Shown here in pieces: positions 46,302-59,786 of a stretch of 64,000 bases of DNA. This stretch comes from Callorhinchus milii. Lineage: Eukaryota. The DNA lies in assembly GCF_018977255.1 (NCBI RefSeq), contig NW_024704742.1, forward strand, positions 48,052,001 to 48,116,000, written 5' to 3'. How positions within the stretch are numbered: position 1 is the first letter of the stretch; each line of letters opens with the position of its first letter. The position numbers and the translations under genes were made by a program. Under the pieces are notes generated by a model, which searched no databases, was not told the DNA's origin, and worked only from the letters and a program-made list of their open reading frames with translations.

Positions 46302-49300
46302 CCACTTTCTTTCATCCAACTTAACATCGTGTAAACTCTCATAGAAAGGGAATGATTCGGCTCAAATTCCGAAAAGGCAAAACAGTTCCTTTAATTTTCT
46401 AAAAGCAATTTCTAGAATCAAACAAAGGATTCTTATCTCAGCTTTGCTCTGACTCCTTTCCAAATGTCGTTTGAAAACAGCTTCAGCTTCGTTACTGAAT
46501 GAAAGGAGAGAACAATATAATTTAACTCAATCCAGTTCTGAATATTATGTATAAAATCATTGAATGTCTTTGTGAACTAATGCAATCTTTCTGCTGTGAT
46601 TTAAGAGGGTAGAATTTGTGATGGTAACAAGGTTCGGCTGACAATCCAGATGCTTTTTGCACCTTGATCTGATGTTAAAATAAAAATGTATAGCCATTTA
46701 ACTGATCCAATTTTCAGAGCAAATTGTGAGACTTGCCTCTTAAATGTCTTGAACTGCTTGACACGTTTTCATCTGTAAATTGCTTCCGATCTTCTTCCAT
46801 TTCGGTTAAACTCAATCATCAAAGGGGTCTCAGTCCAGAAACATTTAACACCAAGTGAGAAAACAAAGTTTAAAAAGTTACCAAGTGGAAAGGGAATAAT
46901 CTTTGTTACATGGAAACGCTTCACAAATTGGGTGTGAGTTACTTGGCTGCAGATCGAGGTCTGTAACAATATAGAGTTTATCATAATCAGCAGAAGGTAA
47001 ATCTTCTGAGGAAGTTTAGTTATAAACAATACAGAATGATAGAGATTGAGTTGGAACAATCATGTACTTGTACTGTACATGTACAATATGTACACATTTT
47101 CTGGTAATTATGATTTATATAAAGAAGGCGAGCACTCCCTTTTTACGACTGATCCACCGCAAGCCCACAAAATATACTGTCAATTCACTGTATAGTGTAC
47201 TCTGTGAAGTGCTTTGAGGAGCCTCAAAGATGTGATAAGACATTATATCAAATGCAAGGATTATTATTATAAAATATAGTCAACAACAACTTGCATTTAT
47301 ATAGAGGCCTTCGTGCCGAGTAGTGTCCCGGAACTCTTCAATAACGTCCCAGAGCACTTTGGTAGTGTAACTATTGTCATACAGTTTGTATTTCATTGCA
47401 AATATGTTGCCCAATGCAAGCAACGCTTTGGAAGTAATTGTGTTCAAAAGAGCTACAGGGCTGTTAAAATGAAAGTACTGATCAAAGTTTGACAACAAGT
47501 AGAGCTTTATTATAAACAGCATTGAGCTGCCTGAAACGTCATTTTAATATTGCTTATTTTGATGAAGAACAGCATAAAATAATTTATTGTGAAATGAACG
47601 CAAGCTGGTTTAATATTTAGGGTGTCCTTCAAAAACAGTGAGGCCAAAGCGCATCCAAGCCGAAAGGACAGGAGCTTTGATTTTTTCAGTTGATAGTGAC
47701 TTCCATGGATCAAGGACGGTGAAGTGTAACAGCACATTTTAATATATGATATGGGTGTGGCAACCCATTAGATATCAGATGAAGTAGTTCTTAAGACAGC
47801 ACTAGTTTTCAATGAAGGATTGATTTTGTGTAACTTATTTATACATAACATTATGACTACACCTTCATTATTTTGAGGAAAGTATTCTTAAAATTAAAAA
47901 GTTGAATTCCTAAATTGCACACAGCAGCACTTTCCCATAAAGTAATGTGACATATTAAGTTTTGCTTTTCTACACTGTACTGAGAATTTTATTCAACCGT
48001 TACACCACACAGAATAAAACATCAACGTCTAGATAACAAGCAGTGGTAGGAATTAAATATTACTGCGTCTTTTTTGACCAAGAACAATTATATAATATTT
48101 TTTATTGTCAGTGGAGTGAGTACAGCGACACATTTAAAGACTGTAATAATGATACAAATTACATTCCAGGCTGTTACCTTTGAACATGGATTTGAGGCTG
48201 AGTAAAAGGCAGTACAGGGAAACAATTGAAAACTGCAATGCTTTGTTTTAGTGCTTCGGTTTTTGGAATTAAAAAGAAACAGGAGAAATTGTTTGACTGA
48301 AGATTGGAAATTAATTTTAAGTTTAATAGTGCCCTCGAGCTGTAAATAAACTGAAAAGGTCTCAGAGAGGGAAGAAAATCAGTTTTAGACTACCTCTTGA
48401 TGATTTAATGGTATAATTTTCCCGTAATACAAGTCATTGGGAGGAAAGTAACTAGTTACGTAAAGACGCTCGGTCTATTTATCCGGTTTGTTGGTAATTT
48501 TTAATCTACATTGTATGGGTGGAGGTGGTTTATATTACGTACAAAATTCCACGGGCGCTGCATAAGCACTTGATACGTGGGTGTCGCATTATTTTGCCGC
48601 CTATAATAAACACTTTTTCCATCTAGTTGAAAGGGAGTTAAAAGGGTTTAAAGTGTATGAGGTGTGCATTTTTTGAGGGTGGGGGTTGTGCGGGGGGGAA
48701 TAGCTAAACAAAAAAGTTCATTTCTTGTGGGTACATGGATATGTGACAGGATATTGGTTTGTTGATAACAGATGAAAGTAACATCTGTTGTGAAGAAGGC
48801 CTTCATTTTCTACAAATATATCCACTCAGTATAAAAACATAAATTTACAGCCATTCGGCCCATTGCATTTGTGCTGGTCTTTGAAAAGGACAATCCATCC
48901 AGTCCCAGTTACCTGCCTATTCCCTGTAGCCCTGCAAGTTACAAACATACAGTGAGCACACAATAACTATCGTTGATCTTTCATATGGAAGGAAAGACCC
49001 ACGCAAAAACTACTTTTTATATGTTCAAGTGGCATCAGAAAATCACCTTTTCAGGAGGAGGGGAAAACTGTTCAATTACTGCCGGTTTTAGTTTACTCTT
49101 TAATCTGTTTATTTTGTTTCGGACCTGTTTTCTATTTTTTTTATTTAAAAAATATTCCTGTGTTTCCTCACTTTTTCACTCATTTTGCTGCTTCTTTCCT
49201 CCTGTTTTCAGCTTTATTTGTGTGCGACTTTCATTTCCTTTTTTCTTTGTTGCACTAGAAAACAAGAATTGGCACTTGTTTTTCAGCATCAATTCTGAAG

Positions 49301-49419
49301 GAGTGCAATAAGAAAATTTTCCTCCCCCCCACTGTTCCGTATTTTTACTCCCACATGAGCCTTCACCCCTCCAAATTCCCTCTCCCATACCCCTTTATTA
49401 GCTTCTCTCTCATGTAAAG

Positions 49420-49733
49420 GAGTCCTGTAGCTCAGTGGTTAGAGCACTCGCCTTGCAAGCGAGACACCTGGATTCAATTCCCTGCAGGGCGAAACCTTGG
49501 GCAAGTTCCCTTACTCCACACGCCTAATAATAATCCCTCCAAAACAAAACAATAATAAATTGGTCATTTTCAATCCATGACTGTTTGTGGGACACTGCTG
49601 TATTCAATTAGCTGCCGCATTTCGCCCACAAATATACGGTCAATTCACTTTACAGCATATTCCTTGAAGCGCTTTGAGATGTCGAGAAGACGTGAAAAGC
49701 GCTATATCAAATGCAAGGATTATTATTATTATT
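49420..49733 (+). mobile_element. Full-length tRNA-derived SINE, short form
   Basis: Intact A/B boxes, core, L2-type tail, (ATT)5. Confidence 0.92.
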
Positions 49734-50084
49734 GTGTATGCATCTATATAATCTTTCTATTTAGTTCTAATTAAGGGTACCTAATTGTGAGGCAAGCAGC
49801 TCCGTTAACTGACTGTTAACTTTTATGGCGATACGCCAAGTTGAAAAACTCCAGGATGCTTTAGATTCTCTCTATCGTCCTCTTTACCTCATGAATCTTT
49901 GTTGGTATTGTACGGTATAAAATAATTAAAAAATAAAAGCAATTGCTGTGAGTTTGGAATATCTGGCCCCGGCCAAAGTGTCATGTCTGAGCTGGACTGG
50001 TGTCCTGAATGGGAGGCGAGGATGCCAAAATTTAAGAGCAGAATGAAGAAAGGCTCTTCAGTGGACATCACCAAGCTCAGTTTC

Positions 50085-50440
50085 AATTTGGCTCAGTTGG
50101 TAGCATTTTAGCCTCTTGGTCAAGGCGGGTGTGATGGGAGCTGGGCTGACACACCAGTGCCGTAGTAGAGGAGCCCTGCATTGTCGGAGCTGCCATCTTT
50201 CAGCTGAGACATTAAACTGAGGTGCCGCCTGCCTGATTAGGTTGATGGTAAAGATCCCATTGAACTATTTGAAAAGGGAAGAGAGTTCTCCCAGTGGTTT
50301 GGCCATCAATCCTCCAGTTAAATTGGGAATTCACTTCATGGCCTTTTGAGGGAATTTGCTGGTGTAAATACCTGGGAGCAAAAAAATAAACACTTAACAG
50401 TAATAACATTTGAAGCTCATTGAGACATTCCGATGCAATA
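50085..50440 (+). mobile_element. Deu-domain SINE
   Basis: tggctcagttggtagca head; gagacattaaactgagg...aaagatcccattgaactatttgaaaag. Confidence 0.75.
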
Positions 50441-50894
50441 AAACAATGTAAACTTGCACACTCTTTCTTAAGCAAGCATGACGAGATAAATGTAGAATTA
50501 AAAATATACATTTTGTAGAGGGAGGGGCAAAAACACTTTGCATACACTAAAATAATTTTTTTTATAATGTCAGGAAATGTTTACTAGTGTCCTGAAATAA
50601 ATTTGTTCAGTGTGAGTTAACTTCATGCGACTAGGTTGCTGCGTGTTTGTAAAACGCTTTTGAGACATTCCCCCTATGTGAAAGGCACTATATAAGTATA
50701 TTCATAGTTTTATGAAGTTATGTTTAACATTAACATTCAGTGTTGCATACAAACATTTCCTATTCAGTGAATAGGACAAAAAACTATTTACAGTATTTTA
50801 TCTGCTTGTTCCAACATTTTTCTCTTTTTCAAACTGATCTTGTTAAATTGTATTCACTATTTTATTCAGTTTGTTCCTCAAACAATAGCTATAA

Positions 50895-51215
50895 TGTAAT
50901 ATAAAATATAATATAGCACCTTTCACATCAGAAGGATGTCTCAAATTTTATTTGGAAGATTGTTAGTGAGAACACTGGGAGAAACTCCCTTCTCTTTTCA
51001 AATAGTGCCATGAGATCTTTTAACGTCTATCTCAACAGGCAGACTGGACCTTGGTTTAATGTCTCATCCGAAGGACGGCACCTCCAATAGCGCAGTTATA
51101 CCTCCAGCATGGCGTAGGATTGTCAGCCTTGACTCTGAATTCTAAGTCCCAATATCGGGCTTGAACTCCCAATCTTCTAACTTCAGAGGTGAGAGTGCTA
51201 CCAACTTAAGTAAAT
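50895..51215 (-). mobile_element. Deu-domain SINE
   Basis: Reverse complement reads ggaggtgccgtccttcggatgagacattaaacc...gatctcatggcactatttgaaaagagaaggg. Confidence 0.78.
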
Positions 51216-54200
51216 CCTTTGCCTCAGTGAAGATGAACACTTGCATGATGGGGCAGTGGGGGAGAGCGCACTGTTTGGGTAAATAAATAGTCACATTCTT
51301 TTTCTTGTTGCTCACATGAGCAGTACTCCCCTGTTTATTAAATAACACTGATTAAAAGAATCTTTCACATCCAGAGGACAAATGTAAATAGACCAAGGAG
51401 AACCTTTGATTGTCATTTGAGACCCTCATCCCTGCCTGTGCTGAAGTAATTCCTTTAGATATGCTCAGTACTTTTCTAACAGGTACAATTCTGAAAATGG
51501 TGAGCACCAAGATACTAAAAAAATCAGGAAGACTAACCCATTACGATTTTTCTTATTGAGGTATTTTCTATTTTGAAGTTCATTTTCCTCTATTTGCTCT
51601 TAAGGAGCCGACACAGACACAAAGGCTGAATGGCCTTCTTCTGTGCTCTACATTTCTATGGTTCTTTGGTTCTATGAAGGTTGGTGACTCGTGGCGGGCG
51701 ATGGTGAACAGCTGAACCTGTCATGTCCTTCCCTGATATCTACATTTCTAGCAGGAGACGCTACTAAATAATGATAAAGAGAAGTGTAACTTCCTTACCT
51801 CTAACTTCCTTATGTTAAGGAACAGCCTGCGATTGAAGGTGGGTAAATTTAGAATAAATCTGTGGAAATACTGCTGCAGTGAGCAAGTAGTAAACATATG
51901 GAACAGGCTCCTTAGGGAGACGGCAGAAGCAGAAAGTGTTGATCTAAGAACAAATTAGATAGATTTCTGTTAGGAAATAATACCTCGGTATACAATATAT
52001 AGTTTGGTACACAACATATCATGGTGGAAGGCAAACTGGAAGGACCTTGGTCTTTTGCCTAGCAAATTCTATGTTCTTAACTGAGTTCACTCTCTTCCCC
52101 TACCCCCTCATCCCAATGTATTGGCAGCACCAAAGCCAGTTGTGTGCCCTCCTCTAGTCTCTCCCCTAGCTAACTTAGAACAGATGAAGTATTAACTCTG
52201 AAACCTTCCTAGTCTGTATGTGATTAAATATCAAACTCACAGAGGCTCGGGGAGAGCAGAACACATTTTTTTTTGGAAATGTAGTTATTACGACTATTTT
52301 TAAGTTTATACATATTTACATATGATTGTGTTAGTTCATAAATGTTACCTATGTAAATCTTCACTGGTGTTAATTTACTGAGTATTTCTATAAGAAAAAA
52401 ATAGATTGCAGTGATAGGTGGGATGTTTGACCCCCTCCCACTTCCTCTCCCCGTTTAATGGTCAGCCAGGAAGAACTCCTTGCAGGCAGACCTGTTAGAC
52501 TAAATTAATAATAATAATAATCCTTGCATTGTATTTAGTGCCTTGCATGTTGACAGGACGTCTCAAAGAGATTCACAAGGTTCACTGCATATGTAGGCGA
52601 ACCCGGCAGATAATTTGCGTACAGCAATTTCCCACAAACAGCCATAAAGTGAATGAACAATTTTACCAGGGGGATTGTGGTGGGACAGTGAGAAAAACTC
52701 CTTTTTGAATTGTGCCATGGGATCAGGCAGGATTGATTGTTGAACTGAAACTCCAAGTGGAGTTAGGCTAACATTTTATAGACTGTGTGATCACAAGGAT
52801 CATGCCTAAAATGCAGAAACTCTCATTCACTGTGTGTACTGTGTAAGTTTGTCATTGGTATTGTGTGTGAAGGCCTTTCTCTCTAAGGGCTTTTCATCAT
52901 GAGCAGCTCATAAGTAGTTACCTCTATTTCATCAATACTAATGTGGTCACTACAGTCCTCCTCCAAATTCTCTTGTTCAACCTAGGCTCAAATACGTTTC
53001 CCACAAGCTTTCTCCTCCCTGCATCATCATCGCACTAATTCCTATTCAAACTCATTCCTTTCCAGGATCAGACAACTGGAATTACTTACTTCCCTCAGTC
53101 TTCTGTTGTCATACAATTTATAGGATTTTATTATCTAGGCTTGGTGCCCTTTAATAATAATAACCCTTACATCTGCTATAGCACCTTTCATGTCAGGAGG
53201 ACATCTAAAAGAGCTTCACGGGATATACCGTGAAGTAGTGGACTGTATTTTGTTGGCAAAGCGCAGCAGTTAATTTGCACACAGCAACTTTAGCCACTTA
53301 TTGATGTATCTTTTTCTTTGTAATTTCTTTTCTCCCTAGGTGTTATGCTATACTGTGGGGCTCTGCCCTTCACTTATATTCTCAAAACAAGTTGTGGCGC
53401 ATGAAGTTCACTGTCAGTTTATAGCAAATGTTGTTTTGAACGGTGCAAATAATGGAATCTGTACAATGTAGTATTTGGATTTTTGCTTATGTTTACACGC
53501 CAAACAGACAGTGTCTACATTTTCCAGTAATTCCTGCAGGGTACTTTGGGATGTCCGCCTGACGTGAAAGGTGCCTTTTTAAATGCAAGGAATGTTATTA
53601 TTATGGTACATTTTGTTAGAATTTACACTTTTTGTATAATGCTAGAATCATAATAGATGTTGTGAATGGGTTAACTTTTAAGTTAAGTGTGGGGGGCAAC
53701 TGGACTGACTGTCATGGGATAGGACACATCTGGTTTTCTCTGTTTTTGAAAGAATAACGGACAGCTTTGGAAAAGGGCAGAGGGTCACCTCTTATCAGTA
53801 AATGACAACAAGCCCACAGAGGTAACGGTCCAAGGTACCGGTCGACACAGGATCTCGACTTAACAATAAGTCGTTAGATTCTGACAGGGCCGAGCGACAG
53901 AAGGCAACCCTCAAGAATAGCAACTAATGAGCAAGTTGCTTAAACTAGAGGGCCTTGGTACCATCCCGGGATACTGATAAGAAATAACCAGTCACTTAAA
54001 AGGAATGTACTAATGATCCCACACCACAACATAATGAGCACCAGATACAGCCCTAAACTGATCAATCCTCTATTTTAGACAATTAGATCAGATAACAGGG
54101 GTCTTAAGGACAATGTGTATGTGTGTGAGGCACGTACACCCCATGAGGTGTTCACGTGCAGGATTTCGACAGGTGATCTAAAGTCCGCACCATGATTGGA

Positions 54201-54232
54201 CGAACATCGGTAAAGAGTTCCGATAACTTTGT

Positions 54233-54505
54233 GTACGGGACCATCCCGGGTCACGGAGACAAGTACGGGAGATGGAGCCGTCCCGGGTCGCGGAGACAAG
54301 GGTACGGGCGATGGGGCCGTCCCGGGCTGCGGAGACAAGTACGGGGGGTGGGGCCATCCCGGGTCGCGGAGACAAGGGTACGGGCGATGGGGCCGTCCCG
54401 GGCTGCGGAGACAAGTACGGGAGATGGGGCCATTCCGGGTCGCGGAGACAAGGGTACAGGAGATGGGGCCATCCCGGGCTGCAGAGACAAGGGTACGGGA
54501 GATGG
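54233..54505. repeat. 37/39-bp GC-rich tandem array inside the LTR, ~7 copies
   Basis: gtacgggagatggggccRtcccgggtcgcggagacaa(gg) starting at 54233, 54263, 54302, 54339, 54378, 54415, 54454, 54493. Confidence 0.95.
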
Positions 54506-54785
54506 AAGACTGAGAGCCAGAAACATTAAGACTGAGGATATCAGATGAAAGATTGAAAGCTGTAAGCAAGAAAACTGAAAGCCTGAAGAATCAAGCTTGT
54601 GTGCTCTAAAGACACAGTGTTGAACTCGAGATATCTACAGTGGTATTCTGTTATAAGATCTGTTGATTGTACCGGCCTTTGGTCTGACCCATCGGGATAT
54701 TGGGGAATAACGAACGAATAATAATAAAACAGTCTGATATCTGGTTGCAAACGGATTATGACTGATTTTATTTCCTTAACAGATT

Positions 54786-54803
54786 TGGCGTAGTCGGCAG
54801 GAT
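54786..54803 (+). other. Primer-binding site complementary to the tRNA-Ser 3' end
   Basis: TGGCGTAGTCGGCAGGAT is the exact reverse complement of ATCCTGCCGACTACGCCA (vertebrate tRNA-Ser AGA-type 3' end, from memory); starts after a 4-nt spacer following a CA LTR end. Confidence 0.9.
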
Positions 54804-55034
54804 ACTCTGAATTAGTACACTCGGCAGTTGACGTGTTTGAGTCCAGTACGACCATAACTAGTAAATAGTTGGGACGGTGGCTGTGGTACTTGCAGAAATT
54901 ATGTGTTCGGTACGATCGTAACTAGTAGATAGTTGGCCGTGCCTGCGGGCAATTAACCCATTGGGATTCTGAGTATTAAAGAACCAATATAATCCATTCG
55001 AGCGAGTGTCTCTGATTTTATTTTCTAACAATTT

Positions 55035-55370
55035 GCCATTGTTTTACGTTGCCGTTTTAAGGTCCTGTCTGCCTGTTCAGAAGCATGTTGAAATTGCCGT
55101 GGTGCTACTTGAAAAGAGAAGGGAGTTTCTCCCATTGTCTTGGCCAACAATTCCCAAGGTAAAATTGGCCAACAATTCCCAAGGTAAAATTGGCCAACAA
55201 TTCCCAAGGTAAAATTGGCCATACACCTCATGGCTGTAAACTGTTTGCGGGACATTATTTTGCGCAAATTGGCTGCTGCGTTTGCCTACACAGTTAATAC
55301 TCTACAGTGAATTCTGTGAAGCGATTTGAGACGTGAAAGGCTCTATGTCAAATACAAAGATTATTATTAA
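55035..55370 (+). mobile_element. Deu-domain SINE fragment with a 25-bp triplication (55140-55221)
   Basis: gaaaagagaagggagtttctccc...(ttggccaacaattcccaaggtaaaa)x3...gcgcaaattggctgc. Confidence 0.8.
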
Positions 55371-56384
55371 TAATAATCCTTGCATTTGATGTAGCACCTT
55401 ATCACGCTGTTAAGACGTCTCAAAGCTACCACCCTTACAGACATTTCTCCCCCACTCACTTATGCTCTAAGAGTGCTTGATCAGTTCATTTTGAACATAT
55501 TGCACTTGCCCTCCTAATCCTAACTTTATATTCAAGTTATTTTTGATTGTTAATTGACATAGATTTAACTGCTTCAGCTGAAATAAATGAGATAAATATT
55601 TCAAAGTAGATCAAACAAGAAGACTAAGAATAGCAATAGAAATTAGTGAAAGGTACACTGTATCGAGAAGAAACATGGAGAAAATCTTATTTATTAAATA
55701 TTTTGAGCAATTTACCCAAATAATATAATAGAAACAAAATTATTGGTTAGTCAAAATACAACTAGATAAAAATAATAATGACAATAATCCTTGGATTTGA
55801 TATAGTGGCTTATCATGTTGTTGAGATGTGTCAAAGCACTTGATAGGATTTACTGCAAAGTGTAGTGAATGTATTTTGTTTGGAAACTATGACTGTGTAG
55901 TGTAGATGCTAAGACCAAAAAGTTAACACAATATAGTGAGAGATTCAGCTAGACACTGTGTTTCTCTTCCCCAAAGTTGTTGTGTGGGGGTAAAAAATAA
56001 TAATAAAGATCTCAGGTGCTTACCAAAAATCTATTGAAAATAAGAAAATTCAAAACTTTAACTACTATACCAGCTGCTTTGTTATCGCAAGATTGGTTCT
56101 GACGAAGAAAGCCCTTTGGTCCATTTGATGTCTTCCTTCCAGAATTCCCATCCTACCGTTTTCCTAGCTTAGTTCTGTTTTCAGTCTTTCTCTCTCTTAA
56201 GACTTGCAATTTTTCTTCAGTGCTCAGTAATCTGTTGCATAGCAAAATTATGTTCTAAAAAGACTGAGACAGGTGCAACCAGATAGCTTGGAGGAAAGAG
56301 GATTTATCTAATACTGTACTTAATGGCAAGGCTGTGCTCTTAGCTCATTCAGTGTCAAGCAGGTCCAAGATAAATGTGGAATGC

Positions 56385-56535
56385 TTTATTGCAAAAGGGA
56401 TTAAGGGATATGGGGATAAGGCAGGGTTAGGTTATTAGCTGGAGTTAGATTAGAAGATCAGCCATGATTGAATGGCGGGGCAGGCTCGAAGGGCCGAATG
56501 GCCTACTCCTGCTCCTACATGTTATGTTATGTTAA
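56385..56535 (+). mobile_element. CR1 3' end
   Basis: gatcagccatgattgaatggcggggcaggctcgaagggccgaatggcctactcctgct plus (tgtta)n; near-identical to 62775-62910. Confidence 0.88.
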
Positions 56536-59500
56536 AACAAAGAGTCGCGTGAATATTAGTGTCATATTTGGAATTCTAAAATTTTTTGTTGAGAAGAATT
56601 AATGGGATTTGTTAGGTGTACAGCTTTTTCATTCACAGGTTTCCATAGGAAATATCTATTATTTTCCTACAAAATATTGTTTTAATATGTGTTTTCCACG
56701 GATTATAAATTTGCCGCATTAAAATTTAGTCACCTGTAGTACTATTCATTAAAATATCCATCATCATGGTTTAAAGATCCTTTAAACCCAGTTAATTTAT
56801 TTGACATTTAAAGTGACATAGACATAGCTGCAATGGTATGTATGTAAGGTTAAAGTATAATTCATGATCCAACCCTTTTTTCAGTACAGAAAAGCTGATT
56901 ATTTTCTAGACTATGGGTTACATTTCCTAAATGTATCTGCACTCGTTGATGTGATATATGGAGTGTATCAGGTGTAATATAATTTTAGAGATAATTGCAA
57001 TAATTTGCAAGTGGTAATTGTGGCTGAGAATGAAAGAACTGCTGAAATATGCTGACAGCCTCTGATGAAAAGTCATATGATTTATCTTTTCAGCCCTGAT
57101 GGGATTCTGCACTGTGGGCCTTGGCCCTCCACTTAGGCTTTGTGACGAGGAAACAAAAAGTTAGATTGAAATAGATTACAAACAATGGGTAAAAAGTTAA
57201 GCTTTCTGTTGCCAGATGTTTCAGTGCCTGGTGATGTTTAATAAAACACACTGTAACATTGTTGTGGGCTGTCAACTGTGGAAATGAAAATCGCATTTCC
57301 CCAGCTGCAAGATGGCACTTTACACCCATGAGACAGGCTGTCCAGTAACTGAAAATCTTTGTGGTTTCTGTTTTGCTTGGAAAATACTCAACAGCCACCT
57401 GCAATGTAGGTTCAGCATAGATACCCATAACAAAAGGCATTGCGGCAGATACTCTGGTATTTTTTATGCTAATGGTTTAAATGATTATCTTTCAGTACCT
57501 CATTGTAAAGTAATACAAGAAAATAATACCAGAAAATAATATTTGGGGATACAGTGTGTAGTTTGGGACACAACACATCAAGCAATTGCCAGAATGGTGG
57601 AAGGCAAACTAGATGGATCTTGGTCTTCTTCCGCCTAGCAAATTCTTATGTTCTTATGTAAATCTCGTGATAACATTGTTGTTACTGATCAGAGGAAGGT
57701 AGATCCCGATCTGGGATCATAGCAAACTACTGAGTCCTAGAAGCAGTGTGATCCAGCACCTTGGAATAGTGAAAGCTGCTATACAAACGTAATTTGTTAT
57801 TGTTGTTGATGATCTACAGTTCCCCAAATAATTATGCATAAAAAGCCATCAGGGCTGCGCTTCCGTCTACTTTCAATACTTCTTTCAAAATGCCTTGGAT
57901 TGATGTGTCTGTTGCTTTAATCTCGTATTCTCTTTGTGCACTCTGCTTTCCTCTACACTTATCTGTTGAACCACTGAGCACTGGGTAGTTATGTCTCTCA
58001 CTGACAAGTGCCTGATATTCTCTATGGTGTACTGAAATCTGTTATCTCTGCTGAACTCTACAGTACAGCAGTTAGTTCCAGGAATACCACATACTGTACT
58101 ATCAATCCAGTATCTTAAAAAACAATTTAAAAAAAGTTGTAAATCCAATACTGTATGTTGTGAGGTGCACTAAAGCATGATTTATTCCTGCTGTGAGAAG
58201 TTTTCATTCTTGAGCTGTGGTTTTCCCTGCTGTTGCACATTACTATATTCTTCCATAGAATTGTTTTAGGATTCATGCTAGAGCACTATAACAGTAAGCG
58301 ATATAACAAATGGGAAACAGCCAGGATTAGAAGAGAGGTTTGCTTCTTTAAGCTTCACAAGCAATGTGAATTTCATCAAAAATAGTGATATTTTAATTAA
58401 AGTATTTGATGAACTCCCCTTTTAATTTTGCAAGCTGGTATGAAGGGTACAGCATATTCAGAAGTTTTGATTGTCCTCTGAATTTTCCTGATTTTTTCAA
58501 CAATGCTCTTACTCTGTCAACAAAAACAGAATGTGTCCTGGGTACCTGGGCGTGATCACAATTGTGTAAGTGAAGTAATCTGGTGTATCTCAGTAAATTA
58601 CATTAATAATAATCCTTGGATTTGATATAGCACCTTTCACGTTGTGTGGCGGTCTTAAAGGGGGTATCACAGGTTGTAATGTAAAGTGGCGTGACTGGCC
58701 ATTCTGTAGGCAAACAGAGCAGCCAATCTGTATCCAGCGATGTCCCAAAACAGCCATGGAGTGAGTGACCAATTTTATTTGGGGGATTTGTTGGCCAGGA
58801 CACCGGGAGAAGCTCCCTTCTCTTTTTGAATAGTGTCATTATGCGCACTTGCTCAGAGGCAATAATATTTCGCTGTCTGACCTTTTTGCTGTTGAGTTTC
58901 TCTCTTTCAGGTTAGCAGTTTACAATTAGGACAATTTCAACAGCTTCAATTTTTACATAAGTTCAATATTTACCATTACCACATTGAATTCCATTTGCCC
59001 ATATTGCACATTAGGCCCATTGTGTTGTGGTGAGACTTGTGAAGTTTTACTATAGAAATCCCTTACTGCCATTAGAATCAAGGTTCAAATTGAAGAAGTG
59101 AGGGACATGTGGAAGTTTTTTTCACATAAGAGGTGATTGGAATTTGCAATGCCCACTCCACAACATGTTAAAGGGAATTGGATCCTGCTTAGGTGATCGA
59201 CAATCCACTATATGAAGTTTCTCCTGGTTCTTGGGCAACAATCCTCCAAAATAAAAAAAATGGTCATTTATTTAATGCTGTTTGTGGTTATTACTGTGTG
59301 CAAATTGGCTATCTAGTCCACCTACAAATACACTGTCCACTACATTGTACAGTATATCCTGTGAAGTTTTTTGAGTCGTCACAACAACATAAGATGCTAT
59401 AGCAAATGCAAGGACTATTACTTTTATAACACCTGAGGAAAATAATATTAACAGGACTTGGGGAATGGCATTAGAATAAATAGCTCTATTGGAAATGCAG

Positions 59501-59786
59501 GTATCAGTACAGATATGACAGACTTTTTGGATTCCTTCTGTGGTGTAAACTTTCTACAGTTCCTGTGGAACATCATTATCAGAGTGTACGGTTTCACAGT
59601 GGAAGCCATGGAAATTGTGAGGAATCAGAAGCTTTCTTTAATATTGTTCCTCATGTTTTTAACATGTCGCTTTAATGTCATGTCAACAGGTTGTGTAGGC
59701 AAAGTACTTGATGATAAAGTTGTCAAAAACAGAGAAGAAAATAATTGTGGCCTTGGTAGTATTGCTAAGTCATTATCGCAGGAAAT

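Larger units (their letters stand above)
53614..55030 (+). mobile_element. Composite LTR element (ERV/gypsy-type) with internal tRNA-Ser primer-binding site
   Basis: Termini TGTTAGAA...TTCTAACA; 4-bp TSD ATTT (53610-53613, 55031-55034); AATAAA 54723-54728; internal LTR end ...TTAACA at 54781; PBS at 54786-54803. Confidence 0.85.

Noticed and set aside
53310..53345. Strong acceptor-like site (pyrimidine tract, ccctAG at 53339)
   Set aside because: No convincing donor or reading frame follows; cannot be supported without transcripts
54233..54505. CRISPR-like array and overlapping repetitive ORFs
   Set aside because: Contiguous tandem units with no unique spacers, no cas genes, eukaryotic LTR context
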